Shown here piece by piece: positions 16,101 through 23,656 of a stretch of DNA of 64,000 nt. Source of the DNA: a virus; IMG/VR virus record IMGVR_UViG_3300021962_000046, positions 1 through 64,000 of that record; one strand, written 5' to 3'. Every line of letters starts with the position of its first letter. Positions within the stretch are counted from its first letter, which is position 1. The notes below the pieces were generated by a model, which worked only from the letters and a program-made list of their open reading frames with translations, had not been told where the DNA came from and searched no databases. Both the position numbers and the translations under genes were made by a program.

Positions 16101-19100
16101 ATACTAGAACTTGATGCAAGTAATTCTGCAAGTTATCCAGGTTATGGAGCTTATTGGAAAGATGTTTCAGGAAGCAGACAACTTGCATTGCTTGTAAACA
16201 GTCCATCATTTGACACAACCTCAAAATCTTTCTTGCTTGATGGAAGCACACAATACATTAAGTTAACAAACTCATCCTTGTATAACTTTTCTGGAAATCA
16301 GTCATTTACATTGCTGGTTTATGGCAAAGTAAATGAAACAGGATTGGATAGCGGTATCATAACAATGCTAAACGAAGGCGTTGGTTATGAATATGCATTA
16401 AATTTGGACTACTCTGGTAAGTTGTTTGGAATTAGAAATGACGCATACCAAATACCAGCTACAACATCAAAAATAGATTTTACAGAAAAGCATCTTTTTG
16501 GTATTGTTTATGATGGAGTAAACAAAAGATTACAAATCTATATCGATGGAATACCAGCTAGTGAAAAAGTTTATTCTGACACAATATTGCCAGACTTACA
16601 AGACCTATTAATAGGTGCATACAAGCAGAACAGCATAATTTCAGGATTTTTATCATCAAGAATAAGTTATGTTTCAGCATATAATAGAAATTTATCTACA
16701 GATGAAATCAAACAATGTTATGTTTCAATTTATTCAAAATTCATAAATGCATATCCAACCACAACAACTCCAGCACCTTCTTTGGTTACAACAAATCTAC
16801 AAGCATTATTCAATGCAAAAGATTATTCAGGTGGAATATATTGGGTAGATAGTATTTCAAACATACAGGCCAGAATTGTAAATTCTGCGACTTATGATAG
16901 TATAAACAAATGTTTTATATTAAATGGAATAAATCAATATTTTGATTTGGGAACTGCTTCACAATTTAATGTTACGGGATCAGCCCCATACACTATACAA
17001 GTTTATTTGAACTTCAACGATATATCTGGGTATCAAACTTTATTTTCTAGCTGGAATACTGGAATAGCTGGCAAACTGCTTTTTATAAAAGATCAAGATA
17101 ATTTTGTAAGATCTAGTAGAAATAGCATTAGTGTAGGCGTATCGCCAACAACAGTAACCTCACAAACTATTTATCTCATAACGCTAACATATGATGGAAC
17201 AGCGATGAGAATATATTTGAACAACACATCTGGAAATGCAATAAATGATCAATTAACAGCTTTAGCAGCAACACCATTTTTAATTGGAGCAAATCTTTCC
17301 TCTAATATTACTACAAATTTCTTAAATGCAAACATATACTCAACAATAGTATACAACAGAGCATTATCTCCTTCCGAAATATCACAAAATTTAAACTACT
17401 TAACAACAATCTACAATCAAACAACAACAACAACATCAACAACACCACAGCCAGAAACAAATGTGTTCTATTTAAATTCTGACATATCTTGTGATGGTGG
17501 AAATGTTAATTTCTGCCCAATCAACATTTCAGGTTATTTGCAAACTTTGGGCGCAACAGAAACACAATTTTTACCTCCAGCATCTGGAAGTACTGGTATT
17601 AGTGCAAACATGGAAGCAGTTGACACTTCTTCTTCCTTTGATTCTTCTCTAAAACCATTGCCACCAAACAGTAGCATTGGAAATGCATACAGAACAGACC
17701 GAGCTTTAAACGGAACATTTTCAGCTGGTTCTTGGAACTTATCAATAAGCTTGCAAAGCACAAGAAGAAAAGGTTCTGGTCATATTGCCACAAGGATATT
17801 CAAATCATCCAATCCAGATGGAACTAATGCAACAGAATTAACAGCAACGACACTAAATGGAAATACATCAGATTTCACTTTGTCTACAATCTCAACATCT
17901 AAAGTTACATGGAACACATCTTCCATAACATTAAACAATGAATACTTGTTTTTCACAGTTGCTTGGGTAATAGATGGATATGCAACAACGACAACAACAA
18001 CACCAATTCCAAGCTTTGTATTATCTGGCTGCGAACTATTGCTTGATGCAAGCGATGCAGATTCTTATCCGGGCTTTGGAAGTGTCTGGTATGACATAAG
18101 CGGAAATCAAAGAGATGCAACAGTAATAAATAGTCCAACATTTAGTGCTGTAAACAAAAGCTTCACACTTAATGGAACAAATCAATATTTCAATCTTGGA
18201 AATAATTCTGCATTTTATAAGAATGGAACTGCGCCTTTTTCTTTATCGATATATTGCGACATAAATTCTACTGCTAATTATAAATCTATAATTTCAAGAC
18301 AAAACAACAATGTTCTTGGAGATTATGAACTATATGTTAATTCATCGAATACTGTTTTTGGAAAAAGAGATGTGTCACCATATGAGACATCTGGTGTTTC
18401 AAATCTAACACCAAATACAAAATATCTAATAACTATGGTTTATGATGGAACATTTTTAAAAGTATTCATAAATGATAAATCTGGAAATGAAATAAATTCT
18501 GGTTCTGTTGTAACTAATTCGCCAAATTTAAATCTACTGGTTGGTGCCAATTACACATCTGATGTTCTAGCTAATTTCTTTGGTGGCAACATCTACGCAG
18601 TAATGTTTTATAATAAAGCACTTGCATTTGAAGAAATCCAAAGAAACATTACTGCTGCAAGATTCAGATTTGGTTTTAGTCCAGAACCTTCCACAACTAC
18701 AACACCATACCCACAAAATTACAATTTGGTATTGTACCCAGATCCAGTTTGCAATATAAATTATAGATTTAAATATGGTTATGTCTCTACTGCTCCATAT
18801 GATTTTTATGGTCCAGAATCTGGATGGTCATTAGCAGCAGGGAATCAGTTAAACACATATGCTTTTTTATGTTTTGGTTTTCCAGTAACAAATGCATATA
18901 CCGCTACAAGCAATGCAATAACTCAAATTTTATATCCAAATAATTATCCTTCGTCTGCACCAAACCCATTAATTGGAATAGGATCTGTGCCAGCTAGTTG
19001 CACAAACTTAGAAATAAACAATCAACCATTAGGAAGAAATGGTTATCCTATAAATCTTAGAAATTTACAAAACCCCAATCAAATTATAAAACTACAAAAC

Positions 19101-21443
19101 TGTGATCCATCTACATTTACAAATGCAGTTCTAAAAGATTGTTTGTATCAAGTTTGGTACAATGCAATTACAAGAAATATAACAAACGGAACGCTTGTAT
19201 TAACTACTAGCAATTCAAGCACAAGATTGAAGGAAGAAGATTATTACCTTTACAATGATTTAGTTCAAAAAGGCTGGACTATAACTTTAGATGCTATTCC
19301 AACCACCACTACCACCACATCAACTACTACCACAGAGGAACCATCTCAGACATTAACAATAAGAAATACAGTTTATTCAAGCGTAGAATCACCAATATTC
19401 AATACCAATGTTGAAATACCACAACAAGGACCACCTTCTGCCTATAAGGGTGTTTTGTATACATATGCAATTCAAAGAAGTGGAGTACCACCTGTTACAA
19501 CCTCAACAACTCCAGCACCGCTTCAAGCAAATATAACAGCTGCTGTTTTAATTCAAAGCGTCACAACCACATCAAGCACAACATCATCGACAGCTGGACC
19601 GGGAACCAGATTTATTTCCATAAAAGTTTCTGATATAGCAACAATAAATTATATTAACTTTGGCGATGGTACAATTATTCGCAATCCATCATCTGAATTC
19701 GCAATAACATATGAATATAAGAACGATGGCCTCTATGATCTTTCAATTTCTGCAAACACTTCTGATATTGAAATAGATTGTAGAAACATAACATACTTGA
19801 CAGTTGAAGATTATATTTCTGGAACACCTGTATCAAGGATTGTTTTAACAAATTCAGCTATTCAATTTGCCGATTTGGATCACGCATTACAAACTTCTTA
19901 TGTTGATTTAAGAAACAATAATATGAATTCAAATTCTGTGACTAGTGCCTTGCAAGCAATAGCTGTAAGTCCAGAATTTAGCGGTTATGTTAATTTGACA
20001 GGGAATTCTATTCCAACAGCCGAAGGCCTAACAGCAGCACAAAATCTGGTCAACAATGGATGGACAGTTCTTATAGACGGTGGTGTTGTGACAACAACAC
20101 CAAGACCTCAATCTGATCATGCCATTTTGTGGGATACCGAAAGTAATCTAACTTGGGATTTCAATTCCTATATCTTATGGGATGAAATAACAACCACAAC
20201 GAATTTATCAAATATAGATTCAACATCTAATGGAACAAATCCACTTCCACAAATGTCTGGCTCTCCAGCTTTCGGAATCGAATTTAATGTTCCTCCTGCG
20301 TTTATACCAAATTATTATGGATATTATAAGTATTTGACATTGAAACTAACAGCAAATAGCAATATAAATGCTGGAACTACAATATCAATACAGGTAAGTA
20401 ATGTTCAAAATCCAGGAAATTCTACTGAGAACTTCATACTTGCTAATGCTTATATTGGTGAAAATATAAATTCTGGAGATGTTTTTGTTGCAAACTTTGA
20501 TATAAGCAGCTTGTATCCTTCATCTGGAACTAATTATATTTGGTTTAAAACAACAAGTGATACAATTAATGTTATCCCACAACTAAACTGGTGTTATAAT
20601 AGCTTCATACTTCCAACAGGAAGTTGGATTTTCAATCAATACTACAATGTTTCAACAGGAAATGGAATATTTTCAATAAGTGTAAACAACTATATTCCAA
20701 CAACTCTTCCTCCACCTACTACAACTCCACTACCAAACTCTTTGTTGTATACTTCAAATGGAATTCTTGAATATGTAAGTTCTGGACCTTTGTTGTGGTA
20801 TAATGTAAATATAACAACAACTAGTACCACTACAACAACAAGTACTACTACAACAACAAGTACTACTACAACAACAAGTACTACTACAACAACAAGTACT
20901 ACTACAACAGAAGCACCAACTAGTACTACTACAACAACTCCACCAATTAGAACAGTACTTGACAGTTCACTTTTGACAAATGATGCTGAAGCACCGATAA
21001 ACAATCCTTCTCAAGTTTATGGCGTAAGCTTTGACACTCTTGGCTTGCAGTTTAGCACAAATCCTCTGCAAGTATTGATATTAAGTTTACAAAACGATAC
21101 AGTTGCAGAAATTACTACATATTCTTTGGATGTAAGCACAAGTTCTACTGGCCCTTGGACAACAATTCAAGGTCAAATATTACAACCTTGGTTGCCAAGT
21201 ATTGACAGAGATATTTACTTTGATGTTAGTGGATTTACAATATCTCAAAATACAAATACCTTGTATTTTAAGTATGTTTCGGGGCAACCAGCAGCATCAT
21301 TTAACATATCGAATTCTGGTAGTTCTACGAGTATTTGGCAAGATACTGGTTATGTTGGAATAGTAGGGACTGGTATTTATAGACTTACAGCATATTCAAA
21401 TATTTCAACAACTACAAGTACAACAACTACTGCAACACCTTAG
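4194..21443 (+). CDS. Giant 5749-aa modular virion adhesin/fibre: partial He_PIG, about 8 LamG/ConA-like domains, PKD-like and LRR blocks, about 10 uncharacterised beta repeats, Thr/Ser linkers
   Basis: WLNIDPTNGLLTGTP (He_PIG); LLNWYD/LLDAS...YSGSG.TW...LNG.NQY...YDG...YNRALS (LamG-like); INWGDG..HTY (PKD); LxxLDLSxN (LRR). SD GAGGG upstream. No signal peptide seen. Confidence 0.85.
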   Translation: MAVTDYTWNIPVGKPTWLNIDPTNGLLTGTPSSSDTGFYYFTVTATNRQTGQVLTRELSVGVSQPVYPYNLGLLLNWYDNTSLSKLASGDPVSLWVDKGLRPTNLGQTNISQRPAAFIIPNGGKAVQFESVNMENLIGLNTVNQTIYQKCTVAFWYNTSSTSSSNLFGLNNQDLVLQDSFGTFQKENNSVVFDRYKTNGNIQIASVSTTPASNSWQFLSAVISKNLNGNYDVSIYAYDKLTSTMNLIGQNPNSFTLAANSNVTELVYRQAVTMGAAYNGNQDVVGFFDGYISSSFIYGSELSQSQLLTLAQNSDPTQPVSTTTSTTPVPAYFYVLNSVEPVPTTTPAPPPFNPNSLGNLVNWYDANDLSVYQDGASVSVWNDKATALPPGTQTQNRLNLTLSTSSYAGNVPPVKRTDGKPYLDFTANNTGFLVSNASYNVTNFTYKTYAAWIWIDSPEEGTSSSFRNAFGYVNTDGSKTNFCSLGLQPTNNARPGFLKYNANSTSVAPFFQGSTSVGPQGTWCFVAITLDDSNLSNRLPTIYYDINGIVQQRRFDTLFVVDSTPTNCSVGIGGSLISNGSGGFNFLKWAGKISSCFFYASQTQSQGMLSLSQLQELRDRTYPGINDPKVPTPAPFNPATLGTLTTWLDQNYLFGCYPGYKVLQLQNKGSLGGYAYSYDYYNPSNPYGTSALTVDQQDYYPALSFNGTSDGYTFNQTQSISQSQAYTVAGWVFTPPVSTTTSTTSTTSTTSSTSSTSSTSSTSSTSSTTPQPLNRSFFGSYSSINEIPYGIGLNKQTAISETYYQTGNPQTISSNTPINTAYGTWSFVAITRQNGTGSSTVLYEDISGIVSQVGSAVISQTSANYTNVKNWIGKYSPQNLGAKYFNGYVGSQFVYSQALNIGQLQILRDSTNPGGPPNEGQFSIDWVATAGQTKTIQTSTGLLTSINWGDGTTTFTDGITTSFTHTYINAGTYTVNLNCSSIVAPNTSLTISNQNVIRVNTTKIPSVIKELDLSQNNITSVSFYGTSINKIKLGTNPLTSLNTSILPNITLLDLSNCNLITSLDLTQNTELLTLNLNGCTLLDNITNYQTLTNLTFLDISGTQLNYNNLTYFTNLQIFYGQNAKISGDFVANNMSSLTTINIANTIPTTTTTPQPTTSTTTSTSSTSTTIPPFFTTNCRILLDGTTYSGSGTTWNSSVGSLTGTLVNSPTYDSTQKGFILNGVNQYINLGNDSSIGFSGNNPFTIQAFIKVTQTGIGNQAIISRWNENVGGSYLLYKNTFEDLKANRNPDYTAQSPYSIPFNEQILVTMVYDGNLTRIYIDDNSGVPITDISSTAFAGNTLVGSYLVNSVMSGFFQGEIYSVAVYGQPLTIDQIRQNYRACIARYQIPPEPTTTTSTTSTSTSSTSSTTSSTTSSTTPIPVGITSINVSGSTALTTIDLTSNSISLFDGTGLVNLSSLNVSYNPSFSQSGLVTYNYPSLLTLNGTGCNFTTFDARTTTGNLSYLRTLILDRNYSLTTILADNNPNLLSISASYCDLSNLDISNSSSLVVNNLTTVVANYNPNLSSINLTNVFKLQNLSLVGCNLNTSEISNIVVKIYNGVQLYGTRNGILSVNNQLEWAPPDQGTLTTINILKSNYSWSVITDEYAPFFIWKSVAAGETKGFTIQGKISNIRWGDGTTSAGPFKDQTITHTYTSAINNAVVLFNIDYPVVPDDPTNRLTEFLATVENNGVGISDINNLQNYVQTIQLDNSYITKWDKTIESLQILILRNYKGYLTNVEALNHTFLTTLELSASDTAVGSALTNVNITNLNSLIVLNVQNASGLAGTGSGTSPFSKITGFADNTSIINLNINNTGIQVNDLRTINKANLVNYYAQGNNCSGEFNATNTIVEVVDISNNNFTSAIFDGCVNIFEVYLINNALNRTEIDNVLTTIRNLATTNSIYEGFIDLRSQANNQTHGYTSTFGYIQDLGYRLEWGVLIDYDPDWVITITHSKNSNSAIFAANSISWFTQQVGIPLVFEGSFEGQLNDLAFIGTGPYVTKFYPGSSLTDLGYDSTLESIIINNFNLFEIEGLPSTVTSLNLNNNLIENINLEECTNLQDLSINVNQIQNIDLSANTSLTSLQIAENNLLNLDIAANTLLTSINCSYNTNLITLNGFVFNRMIYIDFSGTKLTSYIPIDCTGATDLTYLGAREINISSTLNFSGLQNLVAVDVTYNMLGDIYFEDCSSIKYILASYNSLSIVSINSILAQAVINEQTNNITFGIINLQNQNPLSYPTGQGIVDKQILVSSPFNWTVNTDSAPVAPTTSTTTTSSTTSTTIAPSIAVLTNFGKNAPLTNQYAITPGSTTVFSIDYDNSGCTVGYFNFIQFIMYAGTLPSGSDPYGTYLQFSFDGGVTYQTIYGLANTSPGPWISTTATVTFNLSGIKVPVGQRSIYMKWADGPTGSRTVYLNCTSTLFQYSAQASWAETGYLNLPSTPIYQLVAQSTTFTRPTTTTTTPAPTTTTSTTFAPTGTVVTYDSLAAQPGNGSNIPTFNTDAYPSYPYLLDIKLNPGIYSSANMRVRISFKAWITAYIGQFAGQIKLNFSTDNVNFTYIESSGYPAWWADEDVYTGSWYFTPNFQPTVYQDFVIYFKQSLENTNRYLLVNVYSVGNIWWTQKNNSWDRQWVMKLENDAATVQPRATTTSTTTTTSTTTTSTTTTPIPSLIVLNSSNYANAGSTTISNENYVFGISYITNYTWYNTPLNYIEILLTNESGTAIQELQLDIGNSIEGPFTRVSGIPTTFWDDNTTAFVRFDLSFIRASGKELVVDNIYFKPVSGQPLFALNYTTVANAATNIWLDSGTFNLPNTLSAIYKLVSTYPYIPQNPIQVLRPNPNFTPTSIDGKGVIFNANGTANGPISNIILLLRNITPNETFYSVTIEMSTDGVNYLPFLGLPTTLWTYLSYAYVSFDIRKLGIIPNGYENTTIYFRYSNTTQLIAISQADPTLGSSYLWTDVGTVNSSGKLSYIIETSYANIYTYPYYSDNSSTPTVWLLDASNIVSYSGSGNTWYNLAPNDGTNTSVTLQNSPQYFVSEKCFNLNGTNQSFVFPSQNFIIGARQPYTAQVLFSLNSYPASGQSFTIFTNENINSSPAGQFRIWIDSSRQIKGNRDTAYPWLLTNTPAISLNTPYLATFVYDGTFMQLYVNDYPVGSQARSDTNSYSGSFTPVIGARYQGSSLVENLNGKIYQAAFYRRALSQSDIVQSWKVVTQNFNILPTTTTTTSTTTTPVPYAQYVLDNSIVIADGVATNNTNAEISSAQTSAYGIQYSNYGCVVGSLRTLSLYINQPNSNPYNWPDGYYTNVTLQFSTNGINYTPITGRTENGQELFGVQKVTFDLSSLSYSSPNGTIYFKYYNETRTLYWVTTNIGIDASLVWGEAGQVLTPSGYKGIYQLSANSTDFDRPKEPTTTTTTTTTTTTLPPGNYIVLDNLWKTQGNANAYPLNPDGTAVELRINPNDYSSGDVDMQITLNMFVNGTCNPSGNIVLEFSFDNVNWIPVEGTTYSGIWNGPSDIKAVTFDISTSYVIPRNATNPIYVRAPINTYTGSCIPYVMFNNEASGTTQYWDQSKYNEGYMLTKIVADASMIQPVAQATNDAPPALSFSNATTTPYPSLVLNSTQATSNGTLPLTATSNKYTITYSVPFSYYGTNLNKLKILLRNNMSSVKNSTNMYFSTDNTNYILVTGIPQSTWLSGTSVLVEFDLSNLVVLQQATNNIYFYPASTDLNTAVDYSNGSGKATLIFTDLQPTIPGTNISFIYNLTAGQPINTTKILTLNNTKYSNTGQIGYIQLDTPKTITFTSTSSTGAISNLVLTLQNNSNRNLYGVGLDFSTNNGASYSTLIGYPEATWKNGEVKDIIFDISSLNIVPTDGIQKSIIVRNNTTYQSNTDISWKLSSTGNASYIWTDNSVSYTVPGGTGYALYSISTSNISSPPVVNNGKILELDASNSASYPGYGAYWKDVSGSRQLALLVNSPSFDTTSKSFLLDGSTQYIKLTNSSLYNFSGNQSFTLLVYGKVNETGLDSGIITMLNEGVGYEYALNLDYSGKLFGIRNDAYQIPATTSKIDFTEKHLFGIVYDGVNKRLQIYIDGIPASEKVYSDTILPDLQDLLIGAYKQNSIISGFLSSRISYVSAYNRNLSTDEIKQCYVSIYSKFINAYPTTTTPAPSLVTTNLQALFNAKDYSGGIYWVDSISNIQARIVNSATYDSINKCFILNGINQYFDLGTASQFNVTGSAPYTIQVYLNFNDISGYQTLFSSWNTGIAGKLLFIKDQDNFVRSSRNSISVGVSPTTVTSQTIYLITLTYDGTAMRIYLNNTSGNAINDQLTALAATPFLIGANLSSNITTNFLNANIYSTIVYNRALSPSEISQNLNYLTTIYNQTTTTTSTTPQPETNVFYLNSDISCDGGNVNFCPINISGYLQTLGATETQFLPPASGSTGISANMEAVDTSSSFDSSLKPLPPNSSIGNAYRTDRALNGTFSAGSWNLSISLQSTRRKGSGHIATRIFKSSNPDGTNATELTATTLNGNTSDFTLSTISTSKVTWNTSSITLNNEYLFFTVAWVIDGYATTTTTTPIPSFVLSGCELLLDASDADSYPGFGSVWYDISGNQRDATVINSPTFSAVNKSFTLNGTNQYFNLGNNSAFYKNGTAPFSLSIYCDINSTANYKSIISRQNNNVLGDYELYVNSSNTVFGKRDVSPYETSGVSNLTPNTKYLITMVYDGTFLKVFINDKSGNEINSGSVVTNSPNLNLLVGANYTSDVLANFFGGNIYAVMFYNKALAFEEIQRNITAARFRFGFSPEPSTTTTPYPQNYNLVLYPDPVCNINYRFKYGYVSTAPYDFYGPESGWSLAAGNQLNTYAFLCFGFPVTNAYTATSNAITQILYPNNYPSSAPNPLIGIGSVPASCTNLEINNQPLGRNGYPINLRNLQNPNQIIKLQNCDPSTFTNAVLKDCLYQVWYNAITRNITNGTLVLTTSNSSTRLKEEDYYLYNDLVQKGWTITLDAIPTTTTTTSTTTTEEPSQTLTIRNTVYSSVESPIFNTNVEIPQQGPPSAYKGVLYTYAIQRSGVPPVTTSTTPAPLQANITAAVLIQSVTTTSSTTSSTAGPGTRFISIKVSDIATINYINFGDGTIIRNPSSEFAITYEYKNDGLYDLSISANTSDIEIDCRNITYLTVEDYISGTPVSRIVLTNSAIQFADLDHALQTSYVDLRNNNMNSNSVTSALQAIAVSPEFSGYVNLTGNSIPTAEGLTAAQNLVNNGWTVLIDGGVVTTTPRPQSDHAILWDTESNLTWDFNSYILWDEITTTTNLSNIDSTSNGTNPLPQMSGSPAFGIEFNVPPAFIPNYYGYYKYLTLKLTANSNINAGTTISIQVSNVQNPGNSTENFILANAYIGENINSGDVFVANFDISSLYPSSGTNYIWFKTTSDTINVIPQLNWCYNSFILPTGSWIFNQYYNVSTGNGIFSISVNNYIPTTLPPPTTTPLPNSLLYTSNGILEYVSSGPLLWYNVNITTTSTTTTTSTTTTTSTTTTTSTTTTTSTTTTEAPTSTTTTTPPIRTVLDSSLLTNDAEAPINNPSQVYGVSFDTLGLQFSTNPLQVLILSLQNDTVAEITTYSLDVSTSSTGPWTTIQGQILQPWLPSIDRDIYFDVSGFTISQNTNTLYFKYVSGQPAASFNISNSGSSTSIWQDTGYVGIVGTGIYRLTAYSNISTTTSTTTTATP
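6441..6485 (+). repeat. (TCTTCCACT)x5 in-frame 9-bp repeat encoding SST
   Basis: Five perfect copies seen directly. Confidence 0.95.
20832..20903 (+). repeat. (ACAACAACAAGTACTACT)x4 in-frame 18-bp repeat encoding TTTSTT
   Basis: Four perfect copies seen directly. Confidence 0.9.
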
Positions 21444-21506
21444 AAATTAATTTGAAATAACTGGTTTTAATTAATAGATATTTAAAATAGCACAGGAGAT
21501 ATTAAA

Positions 21507-22553
21507 ATGGCAGATGCAAAAACAATAGACCAATTAACAACAGCCAGCACCATTAATCCAACAGATTTAATTGTTATATTGAATCCATCTAATCCAGATG
21601 CTCAAAAAGTAACTGTTTATAGCTTACTTTCATCTTTTACGCCAACAACGACTTCAACAACAAGCACAACATCGACATCGACATCGACAACAACAACAAC
21701 TACTACAACAACAACTATTCCACCTCTTAATTCTGTTGGTTATGTAGTTGCTGGTGTATCGAATAACTCCTATAATCAGTCAAACTTCCTTAAGCTAACA
21801 GATAGTTCTTCTCCAGGAGGAACTCTAAGCCTTGGATTTTTGGATCAAAGTGGTACTGCAAAAGGTTCAATAAATTTCAATCGTTCTAATCCTACAAACA
21901 TACCTTATACTGTTTTTCCCCAGTACTATGTTGATGGATTAAATGGAGGCGCATCTGCTGGTGTTTATTTTACGAATACTGGGAATACTTCTCAAATTCA
22001 GTTATCAGCAAACCCAACCAGTAGCTACCCCATGATTCTGCCTCCCGCACAGGCAACAAGCACAGGCAGAGGATTCCTTGCTTGCACAAATACTGGTACA
22101 GGACAATTAGGATTTGTTTATCCAGCACTACAGTATAACTATTACACTTTGGCAAGCAATTTCACGGTAAGTACCACTAGTGACCAGCCCCTCTCCAACT
22201 GGACGAATGTTGTAGAAGGCATAACCGGCGTTTCCCTTACAGGCGGTACTTTATTGAATAATAGTGGCGGGACCGTAACACTCAAAATTGAATACGGATT
22301 CTATTGGAGTGATTTAAATTCATCAGGTGCTAGAGTAGCTTACTTTGTTAATCCAGTAAGCTCAGAACGATTTGCATCCACTTGGGTGGCTGCTACAACA
22401 GATTATTCGTCGAACTGTTCATGCCAAATTGTAACCTTGGCGCAAGGTGCTTCTATTCAACCTAGAGTGTGGCAGAATAGTGGTTCAAACAAAACTGTTA
22501 CTACAGCAATAGTTGGTCAAAAAACATTCTTTCAGGTCACAAGAATCGCCTAA
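21507..22553 (+). CDS. Tail-fibre-like protein with C1q/BclA-like C-terminal domain
   Basis: N-terminal KTIDQL...DLIVI fibre motif, Thr tract, YPMILP...GQLGF shaft motif, C-terminal jelly-roll-like pattern (VTLAQGASIQPRVWQNSG). SD AGGAG. Confidence 0.65.
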   Translation: MADAKTIDQLTTASTINPTDLIVILNPSNPDAQKVTVYSLLSSFTPTTTSTTSTTSTSTSTTTTTTTTTTIPPLNSVGYVVAGVSNNSYNQSNFLKLTDSSSPGGTLSLGFLDQSGTAKGSINFNRSNPTNIPYTVFPQYYVDGLNGGASAGVYFTNTGNTSQIQLSANPTSSYPMILPPAQATSTGRGFLACTNTGTGQLGFVYPALQYNYYTLASNFTVSTTSDQPLSNWTNVVEGITGVSLTGGTLLNNSGGTVTLKIEYGFYWSDLNSSGARVAYFVNPVSSERFASTWVAATTDYSSNCSCQIVTLAQGASIQPRVWQNSGSNKTVTTAIVGQKTFFQVTRIA

Positions 22554-22659
22554 TAATCAAGCAGATCAAAAATGAAAAGTATAATAGTAAAAAACCCACT
22601 AATAGCAAAAACAACTGTCAGCAAAACGGATTGCTATTCAAATTAAAAATAAATGAATA

Positions 22660-22667
22660 TATAAATA
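22660..22667 (+). promoter_or_regulatory. T4-like late promoter TATAAATA
   Basis: Exact match 16 nt upstream of a structural-type gene; the AT-rich background lowers its significance. Confidence 0.45.
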
Positions 22668-22683
22668 TTAAAGGGAGATTTAA

Positions 22684-23634
22684 ATGGCTAATGATAGAAA
22701 AATAGAAAATTTAAATACTACATCAGGCATTGCTTCTAGTGATTTTTTTGCTGTTGCAACCTCTGGTTATCCGACCCAAAAAGCAACAATTGCACAAGTT
22801 GCAGCAGCAATAACGCCTAGCAACAGCATAGCAAGTGGAAACCTTTCTGTTTTGATTGGATCAACAGCCGACACCAGAAAAGGTTTATCTCAAACAACAA
22901 ATTTACAATACAATCAAAATGTTAATCCAACTTTGATTATTGGCTCTGGCTCTTTGGTATCTAATGCAAGTGGATTAAATGTTGTTGGTCAGAGTTTGAA
23001 TGCATTGGATATAAACACCAATTCAGCAAACATTTATGCTTCTGGAACTGCAAATTCAATCAATTTAACAACTTCAAGTTCTTTGTCTAGTGATCAAACA
23101 TGGGTTTTACCTAATGTTGCATCTGGCAGTTCTGGTAAAAGTCTTTACATAAGTTCATTGAGTTCTGGAAATTCAGTTGTAAATTTGGACTTTCAATTTC
23201 CCAAAATTGGAATTTACTACAAACAAGGTTCTGACCTTAGCGTTCCAAATGCAACCAATACAGTTTTACAAAACTACTTCCTTCAAGGAACAGATACAAC
23301 TGGATTAACTGTAAATGCTACCAGCGGTACATTTACAAATAATACTGGTGGAGATGTTTTGATAAGAACTACAATGAATTTACTTTGGGATATAAATTCT
23401 TCAGGAAGCAGAGTAGCTTGGGTGTCCATAAATAGTGGCGGGACAATAAGAAGATGTCAATCTTTTGCAGCAGCAGGAACAAATTTTAGTGCAAACAATG
23501 TCTCTGAAGTTTTCACTCTTTCTAGTGGAAGCACAATGAACATTCAATGCTGGCAAAACGCTGGCGCAAATGTTCTTTTAAAGTCTACATTATTAAACGG
23601 AAATACAAGTGTTATAATCGAAAGATTAGTATAA
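22684..23634 (+). CDS. Tail-fibre-like protein, paralog of 21507..22553
   Basis: RKIENL...DFFAV N-terminus; C-terminal W..NSSG.RVA...WQN.G.N shared with the 21507 ORF. Confidence 0.65.
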   Translation: MANDRKIENLNTTSGIASSDFFAVATSGYPTQKATIAQVAAAITPSNSIASGNLSVLIGSTADTRKGLSQTTNLQYNQNVNPTLIIGSGSLVSNASGLNVVGQSLNALDINTNSANIYASGTANSINLTTSSSLSSDQTWVLPNVASGSSGKSLYISSLSSGNSVVNLDFQFPKIGIYYKQGSDLSVPNATNTVLQNYFLQGTDTTGLTVNATSGTFTNNTGGDVLIRTTMNLLWDINSSGSRVAWVSINSGGTIRRCQSFAAAGTNFSANNVSEVFTLSSGSTMNIQCWQNAGANVLLKSTLLNGNTSVIIERLV

Positions 23635-23656
23635 ACAATATATTCAGGAGAATTAG

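Noticed and set aside
22550-22624. 24-codon hydrophobic minus-strand ORF (LLTVVFAISGFFTIILFIFDLLDY)
   Set aside because: No SD, and T-rich sequence gives hydrophobic peptides by chance; cannot be supported.
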